The notes: generated from the letters alone by a model not told the origin. A DNA stretch of 64,000 nt from Alphaproteobacteria bacterium (GCA_016869285.1 VGEN01000002.1:2560-66559), one strand, 5' to 3'. Numbered from the stretch's first letter, positions 9,743-18,332 are shown. Translations and numbers: made by a program.

Positions 9743-10813
9743 TCAGCCGGGGGAGGGAAGGCCTGCACCGACCGCGCCGCCGAGCGTGGCGAATCCGTCA
9801 CGCTCGAGCAGCGATTCGAGCTCGTCGAGCAGGCGCGGAATCAGCCCCGGCCCCTGATAAACGAGTGCGCTGTAGACCTGAACCAGCGAAGCGCCAGCGC
9901 GAATCCGCCGATACGCATCGATCCCCGACTCGATGCCGCCGACGCCAATCAGGACCAGCTTGCCTTGGGTGAGGCGGTGGAAGTCGGCGAGCGCAGCGAG
10001 CGCCAGGTCGCGGAGCGGCCGGCCGGAGAGGCCGCCGGTCTCGGCGCGATGGGCGCTTCGCAGGCTTTGCGGTCGAGAGATCGTCGTGTTGGAGACGATC
10101 AGGCCGTCGAGCCGATGGTCGATCGCGACCTCGGCGACCGCCTGCCTTTCTTCTTCCGAGAGATCGGGGGCGACCTTGACCAGGATCGGCGGCGGATCGG
10201 CGAGACCGAGGCGGTTGCGTTCTGCTTTCACCGCCTCGACCAGCTCGATCAGCGGCGCCTTCGCCTGGAGCGCACGCAGGCCAGGCGTGTTCGGCGAGGA
10301 GACATTGACGGTGAGATAATCGGCAAGCGGGCCGAAGGTGGCTACGCCCGCGGCGTAGTCGGCGACGGCATCGGCCTGGTCCTTGTTCTTGCCGATATTG
10401 ATGCCGACGATCCCGGCGTGCCGGTCGCGCTCCGCGAGGCGCGCCTGCGCCTCGGCGTGGCCGCGGTTGTTGAAGCCCATGCGATTGATGAGCGCCGCAT
10501 CCTCGGTCAAGCGGAAGAGGCGCGGCGGCGGGTTGCCGATCTGCGCCTTGGGCGTCAGCGTGCCGACCTCGACGAAGCCGAACCCGGCGGCGAGGAAGCC
10601 GGCGGGCGCCACCGCATCCTTGTCGAGGCCGGCCGCGAGGCCGAGCGGGTTGGGGAACCGCCGTCCCCACAGCGTCTGCGCCAATCGGGGTCGTTCCGGC
10701 GAGCGGCGCGGCCCGAGCCCGAGCGCCATGGCCCGAAGCGCGAGATGGTGGGCGGTTTCCGGCGGCAGCAGGCGGAGCGCCGCGGTCGCGAGATCGAACA
10801 TGGGCGCGCTCAT
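9743..10813 (-). CDS. pyrD: Quinone-dependent dihydroorotate dehydrogenase (class 2)
   Basis: GLAAGLDK, LINRMGFNN, NVSSPNTPGLR, SNTT and GGLSG motifs. Confidence 0.95.
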   Translation of the reverse strand: MSAPMFDLATAALRLLPPETAHHLALRAMALGLGPRRSPERPRLAQTLWGRRFPNPLGLAAGLDKDAVAPAGFLAAGFGFVEVGTLTPKAQIGNPPPRLFRLTEDAALINRMGFNNRGHAEAQARLAERDRHAGIVGINIGKNKDQADAVADYAAGVATFGPLADYLTVNVSSPNTPGLRALQAKAPLIELVEAVKAERNRLGLADPPPILVKVAPDLSEEERQAVAEVAIDHRLDGLIVSNTTISRPQSLRSAHRAETGGLSGRPLRDLALAALADFHRLTQGKLVLIGVGGIESGIDAYRRIRAGASLVQVYSALVYQGPGLIPRLLDELESLLERDGFATLGGAVGAGLPSPG

Positions 10814-10871
10814 AACAGGTTTTTGCGCGGGTCGCATGGAAACCGACGCCGAGGACCGCTATCTATCGATC

Positions 10872-11168
10872 ATGAGGCGCGCTCTTCTCGCCCTGACCTT
10901 GGTGGCTGCCGGCTGTACGCCGATGGCCTATACGCGGCCGGGCGTAACGGCCGAGCAGGCGGAAGTCGAGGAGCGCGAGTGCCGGAGCCTTGCCGCCCGC
11001 GAGAGCTTCTTCAACTACCCATATCCCTATCTGGGGTATCCCCATCACCGGCGGCATCGTGGAGGAGGCGCCTTCCTCGATCGCATGATGAGTGAAAGCA
11101 ACCTCTCCGACTTCTGCATGCGCTCGCGCGGCTACTCGCTGCAGCCGGTTCCGCCTAACCCTTTCTGA
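10872..11168 (+). CDS. Small putative lipoprotein
   Basis: MRRALLALTLVAAGC lipobox; two further Cys (REC, FCMRSRGY) as in small alphaproteobacterial lipoproteins. Confidence 0.7.
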   Translation: MRRALLALTLVAAGCTPMAYTRPGVTAEQAEVEERECRSLAARESFFNYPYPYLGYPHHRRHRGGGAFLDRMMSESNLSDFCMRSRGYSLQPVPPNPF

Positions 11169-12390
11169 ACAGGAAGAGCAGGCCTTCGACAGGCGTGTCG
11201 CTCTGGCGGCGTAGCACCGCCGGTTCGGCCGCTAGCTCGGTCCATCCGCGTGCCGTGGCAAGAGCTCGCACGTGTTCGGGCACGTGCGCATAGCGAAGAT
11301 CCGAGGTCAGGCGATAAGTACCGGCCTCGCTCAGCGTCTCGATCGAGAAGGCAAGCGCGCCGCCCGGTGACAGCGCGGCGTCGATCGACGCGAAGGCCGG
11401 CGCGAGGTTGCCGAGATAGTTCAGCACGTCGGCGGCGACGACGAGGTCGAAAGGCTGCGGGAAACGCGCGGTCACCAGATCGGCTTCCGTGAGCTCGGCA
11501 TAGAGCCCGCGCCGCTTCGCCTGGGTCAGCATGCCAGGGGAGAGATCGAGCCCCGTCATGGCGCGCGCAATCGGCGCCAGGGCCACGCCCGCAAGGCCGG
11601 TGCCGCAGCCGAGATCGAGAATGGTGAGGCTCTTCGGCGCCGGCGCCAGGTGACGCGCGATCAGCGCGGAAAGCGCTTCGGGTGTCCGGTAGTCGAGGCG
11701 CTCGACGAGATCGCGGTCGAAATGCGGCGCGAACTTGTCGAAGAGCCCGCGAACATAGCCGGCTGGCGGCCGGTCGGGATCGCCCTCCAGGCTGGCGAGG
11801 AGGAACCGCGCTTCGTCCTGGCCGGCGTCGAGCGCGATCGCGCGTCGGCAGGCCTCGGCCGATTCTTGTCTCTGATCGCGCTTCCGCGCCGCGTGCGCGC
11901 GCGCGGTCCAGGCGACCGGATCGCGCGCATCGAGCAGCGACGCGCGCCTGGATGCGGCAAGTGCCATGTCCGGCTGGTCGAGGCTGATGGCGGCGGTCGC
12001 CAGATTGCGGAAGGCGAGCGAATCGCCTGGCCGTGCGACAAGGCTGCGCCGGAAGGAAGCGGCGGCGGCGGCGGTGTGGCCAAGCGTCGCGAGCACGGCG
12101 CCGCGGCTCAGGTGGTAGGCGGCCGATTGCGGCGCGCGCCTGATCGCCTGGTCGATCGCACGCAGACCGTCGCCCGAGCGGCCCTGCTGATGCAGGACCG
12201 CGCCGAGCAGGTGGTGGGCATCCGCGAGCCGATTGTCGGCGGCGATTGCCTTGCGATAGGCATGCTCGGCGTCCTCGAGCTGGCCGAGCTGGTGCAGCGC
12301 AAGCCCCTGATTCAACTGCTTGGCCGCAGGACTTATCCCCAGGCCGCCGGGAATGCTTGCAGTCCGTCCAGAATCACGGTTTGATTTCAT
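11155..12390 (-). CDS. TPR-repeat protein with C-terminal class I SAM methyltransferase (COG4976-like); start uncertain
   Basis: N-terminal TPRs; motifs YVRGLFDKFAPHFD, LDLGCGTG, AADVLNYLG and RYAH. Confidence 0.85.
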   Translation of the reverse strand: MKSNRDSGRTASIPGGLGISPAAKQLNQGLALHQLGQLEDAEHAYRKAIAADNRLADAHHLLGAVLHQQGRSGDGLRAIDQAIRRAPQSAAYHLSRGAVLATLGHTAAAAASFRRSLVARPGDSLAFRNLATAAISLDQPDMALAASRRASLLDARDPVAWTARAHAARKRDQRQESAEACRRAIALDAGQDEARFLLASLEGDPDRPPAGYVRGLFDKFAPHFDRDLVERLDYRTPEALSALIARHLAPAPKSLTILDLGCGTGLAGVALAPIARAMTGLDLSPGMLTQAKRRGLYAELTEADLVTARFPQPFDLVVAADVLNYLGNLAPAFASIDAALSPGGALAFSIETLSEAGTYRLTSDLRYAHVPEHVRALATARGWTELAAEPAVLRRQSDTPVEGLLFLFRKG

Positions 12391-12443
12391 AAAATTTGAA
12401 TTAAATCCGTATCCGGATTTTCGTCTCAAGGGGCCAGCCGCGA

Positions 12444-12626
12444 ATGTACACCGACGACGATCTCCGCGACGTGCTCAGCGACATCGACGATACGCTGGAC
12501 AGCACCAGCGCATGGTTAACGCCGCGCTCGCGCGGCAGCCTGCTGATGGCGCGCGAGGTCGTCGAGCGTGTCCTGGCGCGTCGCCGCATGCCCTGGCCGC
12601 CGCTGGTGATGGACGCGGCCGACTGA
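12444..12626 (+). CDS. Hypothetical 60-aa protein
   Basis: Fills the gap between opposite-strand genes; amphipathic helical composition; no recognised motif. Confidence 0.45.
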   Translation: MYTDDDLRDVLSDIDDTLDSTSAWLTPRSRGSLLMAREVVERVLARRRMPWPPLVMDAAD

Positions 12627-12629
12627 CGC

Positions 12630-12905
12630 TCAGACGTCGATGGTGACGCCGTCGCGCTTGCGCGGGCGCTGCGCCTGACGAACATCGGCCGCCTTCTCCT
12701 CGGTGCCGGCGGCGGCGCTCCGCTTCTCTTCGGACTTGGCTCCCTCGCTGCCGCGCCCGCGGCTCGGGCCGGCGACGGCACGGACAGTCTGGGTCGCGAT
12801 CGGCCGCAGCTGGGCAAGCTGGACCACATCGGCCCGCGCCTGCGTCGAGGGCTGCGGCTGGACCGCCTGCGGCATGTGGATACTCGGCGGAATGACAATC
12901 GCCAT
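12630..12905 (-). CDS. Hypothetical 91-aa protein with C-terminal DGVTIDV motif
   Basis: ORF with typical codon style; TTGACG-N17-CAACTT promoter-like sequence 6 nt before the ATG. Confidence 0.6.
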   Translation of the reverse strand: MAIVIPPSIHMPQAVQPQPSTQARADVVQLAQLRPIATQTVRAVAGPSRGRGSEGAKSEEKRSAAAGTEEKAADVRQAQRPRKRDGVTIDV

Positions 12906-12945
12906 AAGACAAAGTTGGGGCTCGCGATTCTCGCCGTCAAGGCCG

Positions 12946-12973
12946 GTTGAAATACCTAAAACGCCGCCTATCT
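12946..12973 (+). promoter_or_regulatory. RpoH (sigma32)-like promoter of ibpA
   Basis: GTTGAA-N15-CCTATCT, close to the alphaproteobacterial RpoH consensus CTTGAA-N15/16-CCTATAT, upstream of a small heat-shock gene. Confidence 0.7.
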
Positions 12974-12980
12974 CACTGTT

Positions 12981-13086
12981 GTCGGGCGCCGCTTAGCGGG
13001 TTCGACGTATCGTTAACCAGACGGGTATCCGGCCCTCGGGCGGATACCCGGACCCAAGTTGCTCAGCAAAGGAGAACTCGGATATG
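12981..13086 (+). ncRNA. ROSE-like RNA thermometer in the ibpA 5' UTR
   Basis: Hairpins at 12981-13006 and 13023-13049; 3' hairpin AGTT-(bulged G)-CTC / GAG-AACT (13057-13078) pairs the UUGCU motif with the AGGAG SD. Confidence 0.75.
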
Positions 13087-13542
13087 TCCACCTTCGATCT
13101 CAGCCCCTTGTTCCGTTCCACCGTCGGCTTCGACCGAATGATGTCGCTGCTCGACGCAGCCGGCCGTTCGGATGAGCAGGCCTATCCGCCGTACAACATC
13201 GAGAAGGTCAGCGAGGACGCCTACCGAATCACCATGGCCGTCGCCGGATTCGGCGAGGAGGATCTCTCCATCGTCGCCCAGGGCAACAGCCTGGTCATCA
13301 CCGGCAAGCAGAATCGCGAGGAGAAGAAGGGCTCCGACTACCTCTACCGGGGTATCGCCGGCCGCGCCTTCGAGCGTCGCTTCCAGCTTGCCGACCATAT
13401 CAAGGTGACCGGTGCGGAGCTCGCCAACGGCCTCCTGAACGTCGACCTCGTGCGCGAGGTGCCGGAGGCGATGAAGCCGCGGACCATCAAGGTCGGCACG
13501 GCTTCGCCCAAGCAGGTCGTCGACCAGAAGGTCGCTGCCTAA
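13084..13542 (+). CDS. ibpA: Small heat shock protein Hsp20 (IbpA)
   Basis: DLSPLFRSTVGFDR, YPPYNIE, YLYRGIAGRAFERRFQLAD and NGLL motifs. Confidence 0.95.
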   Translation: MSTFDLSPLFRSTVGFDRMMSLLDAAGRSDEQAYPPYNIEKVSEDAYRITMAVAGFGEEDLSIVAQGNSLVITGKQNREEKKGSDYLYRGIAGRAFERRFQLADHIKVTGAELANGLLNVDLVREVPEAMKPRTIKVGTASPKQVVDQKVAA

Positions 13543-13568
13543 GGAACGTATCCTTGCAGTGAGGATCG

Positions 13569-13596
13569 AAGGGCCGCCCCTCGGGGCGGCCCTTTT
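13569..13596. terminator. Rho-independent terminator after ibpA, probably bidirectional
   Basis: AAGGGCCGCCCC-TC-GGGGCGGCCCTTTT between convergent genes. Confidence 0.85.
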
Positions 13597-13605
13597 GCCT
13601 TGCGG

Positions 13606-15330
13606 CTATTCGGCCGCGGCAGCGGTCGGGAGGGGAGCGGCTTCGAGTTCGATCTTGTCGTCATGCAGCACGTCCAGGCTGGAGCGATGGCCGATGCTGA
13701 CGATGCCGACCTCCGGCAGATGCTTGCGGAGCAGCTTGTAGAGCCTTGCCTCGCTCTCCTCGTCGAGCGCGGCGGTGCCCTCGTCGATGAAGATGAAGTC
13801 CGGCTTGTGCAGGATGGCGCGTGCGAAGGCGACGCGCTGCTGCTCGCCGCCGGAAAGAAAGAGCTGCCAGTTCTCGTCGCGGTCGAGCTGGCCGGCCAGG
13901 CGCGGCAGGCCGCATTCCTCGAGCAGCCTTTCCAGCGTGTCGTCGTCGACCTCGATCATTTCGGGAAAGATCAAGGCGTCCCTTAGCTTGCCGATCGGCA
14001 GGTAAGGGCGCTGCGGCATGAAGAGCACGTGCTTGCCGGCGGGAATGCGGACGAAGCCTTCGCCGAAGGGCCAGATGCCCGAGATGGTGCGCAGCAGGCT
14101 CGACTTCCCCGAGCCGGTTGGCCCGGTCACCAGGACCGACCGGCTCGGCGGGAATTCGAGGCTGAGATCCTTGAACAGGCTGCGGCCGCCGGGCAGCGCG
14201 ATGGTGAGCCCGTGAACCGCGACCTGCGCCTGGTCGGTCTCCTCGACCGTCACCGAGGATTTGTGCGCCTCGACATCGACCTCGCCGAGCGCATCGGTGA
14301 AGCCGGTCAGGCGGCGCACTACCGCGTTCCACTCGGCGATCAGGTAGAACGAGTCGACGAGGAAGGAGAGCGCGTTCTGCACCTGGCCGAAAGCCGAGGC
14401 GATCTGCATCAGCCCGCCGAGCTGGATCTCGCGGGCGAAGAAGCGCGGCGCGGCGACGACCAGCGGAAAGATGATCGCGAGCTGGTTATAGGCGGCAGTG
14501 AACCATTGCAGGTTCTTCCGCCGATACATAATCGAGTGGAAGTTCCTGACCACGTGATCGAAGGCGTTGGAGAGCGAGACTCGCTCCGCCTCCTCGCCCT
14601 TCCATAGGGCGACAGCCTCGGCGTTCTCGCGCAGGCGTGACATACGGAAGCGGAAATCCGCCTCGACGCGCTGCTGGACGAAATTGAGCGGAACGAGCCG
14701 GGCGCCGATCCGCGCCGTGAGCCAGCTCCCGAACAGCGCATAGATGAGCGCCGCCCAGCACATATAGCCCGGGATTTCCCAGGTGCCGCCGCCCGGCAAA
14801 GGTACGCGGAGGATGCCCGAGAGCGTCCACAAGATGGTGACGAAAGAGATAAGCGTCACCACCGAGTTCATGAACCCCAAGCCTAGGGTCAGCGTTTTCT
14901 CGACGAAGAGGTTGATATCTTCGCCGATGCGCTGGTCGGGGTTGTCGGTTTCGCCCTTGGTGACCTGGAGCCGGTAGAAGCGCTGCTCGCCGAGCCAGGC
15001 GGCGAGATACTCGCGCGTGAGCCAGCGCCGCCAGCGGATCTGGAGCATCTGGTTGAGGTAGAGCTGGTAGACCGAGACCAGCACGAAGACGAGGGCTAAG
15101 CCCGCGAAGATCGCGAGCTGCTTGTAGAACTCGCCTTCGTTGAACTCCTGGACCGCGTTGTAGAAGTCGGCGTTCCAGGTGTTGAAGCGGACGTTGATTG
15201 CGATCAGGCCGAGATTGAGGCCGATCACCGCGGCGAGCAGCCCGCGTCCCGCCCATCGGTCCTCCGACGACCAATAAGGACCGGTCAGGCGCCAGAGCGC
15301 CTTGAAGAAGACGAGACCAGGCCAAGCCAT
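13606..15330 (-). CDS. ABC transporter fused permease/ATPase, YddA/BclA (SbmA-BacA-like TMD) family, copy 1
   Basis: QMLQIRWRRWLT, DNPDQRI, EADFRF, GPTGSGKSS, LSGGEQQR, DEGTAALD and SIGHR motifs. Confidence 0.9.
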   Translation of the reverse strand: MAWPGLVFFKALWRLTGPYWSSEDRWAGRGLLAAVIGLNLGLIAINVRFNTWNADFYNAVQEFNEGEFYKQLAIFAGLALVFVLVSVYQLYLNQMLQIRWRRWLTREYLAAWLGEQRFYRLQVTKGETDNPDQRIGEDINLFVEKTLTLGLGFMNSVVTLISFVTILWTLSGILRVPLPGGGTWEIPGYMCWAALIYALFGSWLTARIGARLVPLNFVQQRVEADFRFRMSRLRENAEAVALWKGEEAERVSLSNAFDHVVRNFHSIMYRRKNLQWFTAAYNQLAIIFPLVVAAPRFFAREIQLGGLMQIASAFGQVQNALSFLVDSFYLIAEWNAVVRRLTGFTDALGEVDVEAHKSSVTVEETDQAQVAVHGLTIALPGGRSLFKDLSLEFPPSRSVLVTGPTGSGKSSLLRTISGIWPFGEGFVRIPAGKHVLFMPQRPYLPIGKLRDALIFPEMIEVDDDTLERLLEECGLPRLAGQLDRDENWQLFLSGGEQQRVAFARAILHKPDFIFIDEGTAALDEESEARLYKLLRKHLPEVGIVSIGHRSSLDVLHDDKIELEAAPLPTAAAAE

Positions 15331-15417
15331 CCGCAGCTCCCAGGCACCCGGCGGCGGTGCCGGCCCTGAGAGAAACGCCGTCCCCCTAGGGGAGGTTCAT
15401 GAACGGATCTTCGGTTC

Positions 15418-17127
15418 TCACGCAGGCGCCGCGCTCGGCACTAGCTTGATCTCCTCATCGTGAAGAGCCTTCAGCGTCGTGCGGTGGCCGATGCTGACGA
15501 TCCCCGCCTCGGGCAGGCGTTCGCGGATCAACTCATAGAGCTTGCGCTCGCTGTCCTCGTCGAGCGCCGCGGTTGCCTCGTCGAGGAAGAGGAAATCGCC
15601 GCCATGGAGGAGGGCGCGGGCGATCGCGACGCGCTGCTGCTCGCCGCCGGAAAGGAAGAGCTGCCAATTCTCGCTGCGATCCAGCTGGTCCGCGAGGCGG
15701 GAAAGGCCGGCATCGGTCAGCGCCTTAGACAGGGTTGCGTCGTCGGCCTGCACGCCACCCGGGAAGAGGAGGGCCTGGCGCAGCGTGCCGATCGGCAGAT
15801 AAGGCTTCTGCGGCAGGAACAGCATCCGCTTACCCTGCGGCAGATGGACCTTGCCCTGGCCGAAGGGCCAGATGCCGGCTATCGCCCGCATGAGGCTTGA
15901 CTTGCCCGAACCCGTGGGTCCGGTCACCAGGACCGACTTCTTCTGCGGGAAAGCGAGGCTCAGCTTGTCGAAGAGGCGTCGTCCGCCGGGAATATCGATG
16001 GCAAGGTCGTCGACGGCCACTTCCGGCTTGGCCTGCTCGTCGCGGACGATTCCGGTCTCGGTCGCCATCTCGTCGACCCGATCGAGAGCATGGGTGAAGG
16101 TGGTCAGGCGGTCGACCACCGCCTTCCACTCGGCGATCGTCGCGTAGGAGCTGACGAAGAACGAGAGCGCGTTCTGCACCTGGCCGAATGCGGAGTTGAT
16201 CTGCATCAGTCCGCCGAGCTGGATCTCGCCGGCGAAATAGCGGGGCGCCGCCACGACAAAGGGGAAGATGATGGCGGCCTGCGCGTAGAAGGTGGTGAAC
16301 CAGGTGAGGTCTTTCTGCTTCTTCATGATGGCGAAGAAGTTGCCGACGACCAGGTGGAAGGATTCCTTGAGCGAAAGCCGCTCGGCGTCATCGCCGCGCC
16401 AGAGAGCGACCGCTTCCGAGTTCTCCCGAAGCCGCGCCATGCGGAATCGAAAGTCGGCCTCGAAACGTTGCTGGTTGAAGTTCAGTCCGACGAGCGGCAC
16501 GCCGATCTTGTGCGTGAGCCAGGTGCCGATGACGGCATAGACGAGCGCCGCCCAGCACATGTAGCCGGGGATCTCGAAGCTGCCGCCCCAAGGCAGGGGA
16601 ACTTCGAGGTCGCCTGAGATCGTCCACAGCAGCGCAATAAACGACACCAGCGTGACGACCGAGTTCATGATGCCGAGCCCGATCCCCAGCGTCTTCTGCA
16701 CGAACTGCTGAATATCCTCGCTGATGCGTTGATCGGGGTTGTCCGTGCCGGTGGCGTTGATCTGCATACGATAGAAGCGGTTCTCGCTGACCCAGGTGTC
16801 GAGGTAGCGGTCGGTCAGCCATCTGCGCCAGCGGATCTGCAGCATCTGATTGAGATAGAGCTGGTAGACGCCGACGCAGATATAGGCGACGGCGAGTCCG
16901 CTGAAGATCATGATTTGCCGGTAGAACTCGGGAGCGTCCTTGTTCTGCAGCGTGTTGTAGAAATCGTTGTACCAATTGGTGAACATGACGCTGAGCCCGA
17001 CCGTGCCGAGATTGAGCCCGATCACCACCGCAAGGAGTCCTCGCCCAGCCCAGCGGTCCTCCGACCACCAGTAAGGCGCGGCCAGGCGCCAAAAGTCGGC
17101 GAAGAAGCTCTTCGGGGCGTCGGCCAT
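15418..17127 (-). CDS. ABC transporter fused permease/ATPase, YddA/BclA family, copy 2
   Basis: Same motif set as 13606-15330 (DNPDQRI, GPTGSGKSS, LSGGEQQR, DEATAALD). Confidence 0.9.
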   Translation of the reverse strand: MADAPKSFFADFWRLAAPYWWSEDRWAGRGLLAVVIGLNLGTVGLSVMFTNWYNDFYNTLQNKDAPEFYRQIMIFSGLAVAYICVGVYQLYLNQMLQIRWRRWLTDRYLDTWVSENRFYRMQINATGTDNPDQRISEDIQQFVQKTLGIGLGIMNSVVTLVSFIALLWTISGDLEVPLPWGGSFEIPGYMCWAALVYAVIGTWLTHKIGVPLVGLNFNQQRFEADFRFRMARLRENSEAVALWRGDDAERLSLKESFHLVVGNFFAIMKKQKDLTWFTTFYAQAAIIFPFVVAAPRYFAGEIQLGGLMQINSAFGQVQNALSFFVSSYATIAEWKAVVDRLTTFTHALDRVDEMATETGIVRDEQAKPEVAVDDLAIDIPGGRRLFDKLSLAFPQKKSVLVTGPTGSGKSSLMRAIAGIWPFGQGKVHLPQGKRMLFLPQKPYLPIGTLRQALLFPGGVQADDATLSKALTDAGLSRLADQLDRSENWQLFLSGGEQQRVAIARALLHGGDFLFLDEATAALDEDSERKLYELIRERLPEAGIVSIGHRTTLKALHDEEIKLVPSAAPA

Positions 17128-17230
17128 GACAGGCTCCGTCGGATGAGGCGAAAGGGCAGGCGTGGGGCGCGGGAGACTTCAGCTCCGCAATCGGACATTC
17201 ATATGGCGAATTGAACGCGGGAAGACGGCG

Positions 17231-17578
17231 TCAGGCCTCGACGTCGAGGAACTCGCCGCGGCGGAGCTCGCGCTCGGCCGCGGGCTGGCCGGTCAGGGCG
17301 AGCTTGCGGAACTCGGGCGGCTCGCTCTTGGGCTCGGGCGCCGCCGGCTTCTCCGCCTCGTTGGGAGCGCGCGTTCGGACCTCGACGCGGTCGATAGTGG
17401 TGAAAGGCTTGGGCTCGCGCCGCTCAATGAAGCGGGCTTCGCGCCGGATGGTCTGGTTGGTGTCGACCGCGCCGCCGACAATGGCCAGGGCTTGGCGCAC
17501 GCCCGACCCGACCCCGCTGTAGCTCGGCGTCGGAGCCGGGGTGGCGATCTGGGTCAGTCCGGTTACGGTCACAGCCAT
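17231..17578 (-). CDS. Hypothetical 115-aa protein with C-terminal RGEFLDVEA motif
   Basis: ORF fills the intergenic space; TTGATT-N18-TATCTT promoter-like sequence upstream. Confidence 0.6.
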   Translation of the reverse strand: MAVTVTGLTQIATPAPTPSYSGVGSGVRQALAIVGGAVDTNQTIRREARFIERREPKPFTTIDRVEVRTRAPNEAEKPAAPEPKSEPPEFRKLALTGQPAAERELRRGEFLDVEA

Positions 17579-17669
17579 GCCAAGGGCCCCTGGAGTCTCC
17601 AGAGATACCTAAAACACAAGATAATACCGCGAAGTTCCCCCAATCAAGGGGGAGGGACGAAGGCATCGG

Positions 17670-18236
17670 TCAGTCCTTGGCGCGCTCGAGGTAGCTGCCG
17701 TCCTCGGTGTTCACCACGATCTTGGTCCCCGCCGTGATGAAGGGGGGCACCATGACGCGAACGCCGTTCGACATGATGGCCGGCTTGTAGGAGGAGGCCG
17801 CGGTTTGGCCCTTCACCACCGGATCGGCCTCGACCACCTCCAGGACGACTTTCTGCGGCAGGGAGAGCGAGACCGGCTTTCCCTCGTGCATCTTCATGTC
17901 GACCTTCATCCCGTCCTGAAGGAAGACGGCTGGGTCGCCGATGATGTCCTTCGGCACCTGGATCTGGTCGTAGGTCTCGATGTCCATGAAGGTGTAATTG
18001 TCGCCGTCCTGGAACAGGTACTGGAACTCGCGCTCGTCGATATAGGCGCGCTCCACCGTCTCCTGGGTGCGGAACCGCTCGGTCACCTTGATGCCGTCGG
18101 AAAGCCGGCGGAGATCGACCTGGGTCACGGGCGTGCCCTTGCCGGGCTGGATATTCTCGGCCCGGATGACCGCGAACAGATGGCCGTTATGCTCGATCAC
18201 ATGGCCCGAGCGGAGCGTGTTGGCGTTGACTTTCAC
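17670..18236 (-). CDS. efp: Elongation factor P
   Basis: QPGKG loop, [17 protein letters not shown] and YLERA motifs. Confidence 0.97.
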   Translation of the reverse strand: MKVNANTLRSGHVIEHNGHLFAVIRAENIQPGKGTPVTQVDLRRLSDGIKVTERFRTQETVERAYIDEREFQYLFQDGDNYTFMDIETYDQIQVPKDIIGDPAVFLQDGMKVDMKMHEGKPVSLSLPQKVVLEVVEADPVVKGQTAASSYKPAIMSNGVRVMVPPFITAGTKIVVNTEDGSYLERAKD

Positions 18237-18332
18237 GGCACATCCCGAGAGGTTGCCTGGACTTGCGGCGCGTGCTCGTAGCAGGTCGCCCCGCCCCTTG
18301 CAACGCTCCCCGGCTCAAAATCCCTGAAGGCG

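Noticed and set aside
12381-12394. FNR/FixK box candidate TTGAT-TTCA-TAAAA
   Set aside because: The second half-site deviates too far from ATCAA.
15331-15417. Short palindromes (GGCACC/GGTGCC, CCCCTAGGGG, GTTCATGAAC) between the ABC paralogs; cobalamin riboswitch considered
   Set aside because: The spacer is only 87 nt with no B12-box; the palindromes are too short to support a call.
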